Shown piece by piece: positions 59,404 through 64,000 of a DNA stretch of 64,000 nucleotides (the first letter of the stretch is position 1; each line of letters begins with the position of its first letter). Under the pieces are notes generated by a model. That model was not told the origin of the DNA. It saw nothing but the letters and a program-made list of their open reading frames with translations, and did no database searches. Both the position numbers and the translations under genes were made by a program. The stretch comes from Podarcis filfolensis (taxonomy: Eukaryota). The stretch lies in assembly GCA_964270895.1 (NCBI GenBank), contig OZ185437.1, one strand, 5' to 3'.

Positions 59404-60309
59404 ATGTCTCTTGCCTTAACAACATATGGAAAGCTATGTGTAGCACTGGTCATTGCCTGCTCAGACAAGTATGGTATGCCAGTTATTTTAACCCCAAGAA
59501 ATGTAAACAATGAATGAAAAGAACAAGAAGGGAACAGCTTTACTGATCTCTGTGTATGTCAGGAGCTTCACAGCAAGTCAGGCTGTGCATGTGTGAAAGA
59601 ACCTCAGATCCACAAACACCAGAAGTGTTAACTGCAAATTTAGAGTTCACCTATTTCTCTGGGAAACTAGTTGCGTATCTTAGCCAGAGCAGCAGGCATG
59701 ATTTCCTGGCACAATTCAAGCAATAGCAAGGTTAGACTGGGAATTTAATGCTGCTGTTGATGAACTATTTCATGGTTGCCTCTCTTTTTGCAAACTCCAA
59801 AGGCTAGGACTAAGCAATGCAAGAACGTTTGCTTTAACACCCTTGTTCATTTTCACTGCTGCCTGCTTCTCTCTCTCTCATAATCAGCCCAAACCTTTTT
59901 CTTTCTCCATATTTCTATTCTACTTTGACAGTCTCAACTTTGTTCTCCTAAATCAATCTGGCTATGCCTGTAAATTCAGCAGCACTGTGCACCAATTACT
60001 TGAGATGACGCCTATAGCTGCAGCCAATATATGTCAGCATCTGGGCAACCTATTCTTTCTGCTTGTCAGCGTCAAAGAACAGAACTCCTCCAATGAAAGT
60101 TTGAGATAAATCTTTGATTTATTGGTATCTGTAATCTAGAGAAGTAAAAGAAAACCCCAATGTATGGCATTTTATCTATGCATGTAATTAGTTGGGCTAG
60201 GGGAAACAAGCACACACATGTATCCTTTTTGGAGGGTTGTTTTTGTAAACCACTTATTTCTTCTTTAACTGGAAAATGCCACAAAGGGTGTTTTGCTTAG
60301 TTCCACAGA

Positions 60310-60517
60310 CAGTGGTACCTTGGTTTAAGAATAGCCCTGTTTACAAACTATTCCGTTTACGAACTCCGCAAAACCGGTAGTGTCCTGGTTTGTGAACTTT
60401 ACCTCGGTCCAAGAACGGAAGTCGAACGGTGGAAATGCACCAGTGGCAGGAGGTCTCATTAGAGAAAGCACGCCTCAGTTTAGGAACGGATTAAGTTCAT
60501 AAACCAAGTTACCACTG
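60310..60517. mobile_element. Tc1/mariner-type MITE related to the 9237-9460 element
   Basis: TIRs CAGTGGTACCTTGGTTTA / TAAACCAAGTTACCACTG, with TA on the right and GA on the left. Confidence 0.75.
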
Positions 60518-60978
60518 TATAGCTGCCCAGTACTGTTGAGCCAATTAATTTAGTATTATCTACCCTAACAGGCATCTGCTCCCTAGTGTCTAAGGAAATC
60601 TAAGGGTCTTTTAACCAGATATGCAAGGGACTTAATTTATTGTGATAAAATGGAGGGTGAGGGAAACAGGATATGTCACAGTCATAAAATAAATTAATAA
60701 TACAATCACTACAATGATTTCTGTTCTTCCTTTGTTTCATCTGTTCCAAGTGCCATCCAGTGAAGCAAGTCTGCTTGCACAACAAGCATCTACAATGGAG
60801 CTTCTGATTTCTCTTCTCCCACCTCCAGTTCTCTGCATGAGCCCCATCTGGTCCACAGAGTCTGAGCCTCTGGAGCTTATTATGGGGATATGTGGAAGAC
60901 GACCCATTGCACACATGGGCATTCACTTACACTACATTGGATCTCAACTTCCTTCTATAGAGTGACTAGATGAGCTGT

Positions 60979-60984
60979 TTTATT
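60979..60984 (-). terminator. Candidate polyadenylation signal of EZR (AATAAA)
   Basis: tttatt on the plus strand, about 1.37 kb after the EZR stop, at the end of an AU-rich UTR-like stretch. Confidence 0.5.
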
Positions 60985-61922
60985 TACCAATACCATCCAT
61001 TAATTTTTCAAATATCTTTGATGGCAGGAATAGAAAGTATGGGGGGGCAGGAAATCACACAGAACTTCAAACACATGCTGCCTTGCAGATTTTTTTTTAT
61101 TTGTTGGTGAATTACACAAACAAATCCCACAACACTGTTATCAGGAGACAACGGTTAAAACGTCTTTGAGTACAAAGCAGCATAGGGAGTTACATGTTGA
61201 ACAGAGCTAACAATGTATTGTTCACTTGACATTCTAGCAGATTTCCAAAGCCTGAGGTGGGATTGTTTCACGGGTGGAAGTTAACATGGACACAGTGCTA
61301 GAAGAAATCCATAGAAATTCTCTTTAATAGAGAAAATAAGCTGACAAAGTCCCTTCATGGTTGGAGTCTGAAACTATATCATTTTTAAAAAAATTAGAAA
61401 ATTTGTTAGAAAAAAAAATAGGTACAGTGAAATTGTATATACTGAATCACAGCCATGTTATCACAATTTGCTTTAAAGTAAAAAAAAAAATCATCTTTAC
61501 AAATGTTTTCTAGATCAAAATAGTTTCCTACACTGCCTTGGCTTCAGAGACTAGAAATTATTGTCTATTTTTTTACATTATTCTTTTCATATTAAGTCTG
61601 AAAGTAGTAACAAAATATACAAAGCAAAAAACTTTTATCCTCCCTTTTCAAACTAGAATTATATCTGTCACTTGCATCTTTAACATAGGTATATATAAAT
61701 ACTACACTACAGCTGATTGGTTAAGCTGGAGTACCACACTTCAATAACATTGAAGGCCAACAATATCCCTGCCTATCTGTTATGTAAGAAGAGCATCCAA
61801 GTGTGCCTGTAATGCATAGCTTCTGAATGATCACTGTGGGAACTTCTCCAATACAACAGTGCAATTAATAAGCTTCCTCAGACTTACTACTTGCCACCAC
61901 TGTAGAAATGTCAACAGTGTAA

Positions 61923-61936
61923 GGGGGGGGGGGGGG
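61923..61936. repeat. G14 run (C14 on the EZR sense strand, 3'UTR)
   Basis: Direct reading. Confidence 0.9.
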
Positions 61937-62354
61937 AGAGATGGACGCCATGAAGATCTTTACAACCCTGAATTGTCTGTGCTGCTTAAGAAACAACCTG
62001 GTGCAGCAAACTAGTAGGCTGATTCCCCAATCTGGACATACCTACCACACTATAGAAATGGGTGCAGACAAGCAGTGTAACAAGCAGCACAATAGTAACA
62101 CGGAAAAGAAACAATTCTGACAAGCCTTTTGGCACTAGCATAGGACCAAATTTCACCAAGTCTTGACTGAAAACCTTGTGGTGGCTATCCTTGTATGCTT
62201 AAAACTGATGTTGTATTAAGCTAAAATCAGGTAGCATCTGACAGGTGTGAGGGTTTGGGGATTATTTATTTTTTTGGTATGACTGTTCAGTGACCCTTCA
62301 GAAAGAAAGGTCAGCATTGAAAACCTGCCTTTCCCAGAGTCTTGCCTTATGCAT

Positions 62355-63564
62355 TTACATAGCTTCAAACTCGTCAATTCTTTGCTTGGTGTTGCCTTGT
62401 CGGATCTGCCTCAGTGTCTTGTACTTGTCTCGTCCTTGCCGCATATTCTCTGTGTGAATGAGGTCGTTTTGTGTCTTCTTGTTCTCATCTCTGGCCTGGG
62501 CTAGTTCATCAGTCAGTGTCTGCAATATTTAAAACACATGAGTTACACAGACATACAAATACTTAGGGGAGTATGAGGTAGCACACAAGACCATAACAGA
62601 ACATCATTCCTCAGTCCTTCTGTTGCTTGGAAGCCAGGATATGAAAATCTTTGCCACGGTGTTTCTTGTAATAGGACAACTAGAAGTGGTACAACAAAAG
62701 GAGTGTAGAAAAATAAGAGCCTGCGGGCAATTTAGAAGATTCTGGATTTCTTCCAATCCTAGCCATGCCAGGCTTCCTTAGATAGGCAATTGAGGCCTAC
62801 AATAACGACCCACAATTATTAAATGAAATAGAAGAATCCTCAGTTCCATATGAGCTTCCTGGTACATTTATTAGCATCTGCATTTAACAGGTTCAGCACT
62901 CAGTACAAGGGCAGTGAAAGAAGCAGATATAAACATCTCTCAACTCTTTGGAACAACCAACAAAGGAAGCTGCCTTCTACTGAGTGAGTCCACTCAGTCC
63001 ATCTAGCTCAGTTTGTCTACACTGGCTGGCAGCAGCTCTCCAGCATTCAAGGCAGAAGTCTCTCCCAGTCCTGCATGGAGATGCCAGGGACTGAACATGG
63101 CGCAGGACAGCTGCATATGATAGTTTGGGCAACATGGATACTGCTGAGCACAAACTGGGTGGCCACTGATCCACACAATCAGTTTCATGAAGTGGCTACT
63201 GTATGGTTTTAGATGGAAACACTGGGACCGAAGCCCCATTTCGCACAAAATCATCAACCATGAAGAGCGGCAGTCATCTCAGTCATGTGAAACTGATCTA
63301 GGTGTATCTTACCTTCAGCTGCTTTTGCACACGCTCATTCTTTTGGGCTTCAGTGATTCTCTTCTCTTCGTTACGATCATCCAAGATCCCTTCACTGGAG
63401 AATTCTGCGCTGTAGCCAGAGGACTCGGTTCCTTCGTCCTGAAGGTTGTCGTGGACATGGTAGTTCACCGGCTCATACACAGGTGGGGGTGGAGGAGGTG
63501 GAGCAGTCATCACCAAGTGCAGCTCTTCTTTTGTTTTTACAAGATCTTCTTGGGCTTCTATAGC
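62355..63564 (-). CDS. EZR: Ezrin, last two coding exons (5'-partial)
   Basis: Exon 63564-63313 (252 nt; [33 protein letters not shown]...[20 protein letters not shown]) and exon 62519-62355 ([16 protein letters not shown]...[26 protein letters not shown]). The polyproline linker followed by VYEPV is ezrin-like, and the C-terminal actin-binding tail carries the KYKTL phosphosite. Confidence 0.97.
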
Positions 63565-64000
63565 CTATTGAAAATTTAGACAAAATACTTCTTACTAGGA
63601 TTCCGGTGGGTACAGAACAAGGAGCACTCTTCTTCTGTGGGGCTTTGCCTGAGGTTGGTCTGGAAGCCACAAGTGGTGCAAAAGGCTGCAGTGAGGTAAC
63701 TCAGTGGAATGCCCCATCACAGAGAGAGAGCGCCTCTCTCCCTGCTGCCCTGTCTGAACATTGTGCTCAGCCGTTGGAGGTTCTCTTAGCTGCATTGTAA
63801 TCCTGCCAATGGCCGCCACGGGGAAGGCCCCCTCTATGGTTCCCCCTTCCTAGGGAACTACCTTTTCTTGGAGCTCCAGAAAGCACCCATAAGGGTCATA
63901 TTTCAGCACTCAAAACATTTCAGGGGTTTAATCTCAGGATGAAGAGTGTCCTGGGGGCCATTTGTTGTATTAAATTACTGTGATTTTACTATTTTTTCAT

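Noticed and set aside
13083-62357. Stop-codon readthrough or selenocysteine recoding at the four gene ends
   Set aside because: The stop contexts (TAA-G, TGA-T, TGA-A, TAA-A) lack the TGA-CTAG readthrough motif, and I saw no SECIS-like element.
1-64000. CRISPR arrays, rRNA, prokaryotic or viral systems
   Set aside because: There are no regularly spaced repeat-spacer arrays, rRNA-like sequence or operon-like ORF packing. The window is ordinary intron-rich vertebrate DNA.

Overview
Vertebrate genomic DNA, almost certainly from a squamate reptile and probably a lacertid lizard. This is inferred from Sauria SINEs, a Bov-B LINE and CR1/L2 fragments. I rebuilt four protein-coding genes exon by exon, checking splice sites and reading phase by hand. 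They are TMEM181 (+, 5'-partial, 15 coding exons, 972-13085), DYNLT1 (-, complete, 5 exons, 113 aa), SYTL3 (+, complete, 15 coding exons, 613 aa) and the last two coding exons of EZR (-). The order and orientation match human 6q25.3 as I recall it. Introns and intergenic DNA hold many SINE, LINE, MITE and LTR remnants, several with intact target-site duplications (TSDs), plus two assembly gaps. I found no convincing new biological system. The strongest second-look items are a U12-type AT-AC minor-spliceosome intron in TMEM181, a 13-nt perfect miR-96 complement in the EZR 3'UTR, a young CpG-rich solo LTR, a long hairpin in the putative TMEM181 3'UTR, and competing in-frame splice sites in SYTL3. 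Orthologue and repeat-family assignments come from recalled sequences, not database searches. Most ORFs in the supplied track are spurious.
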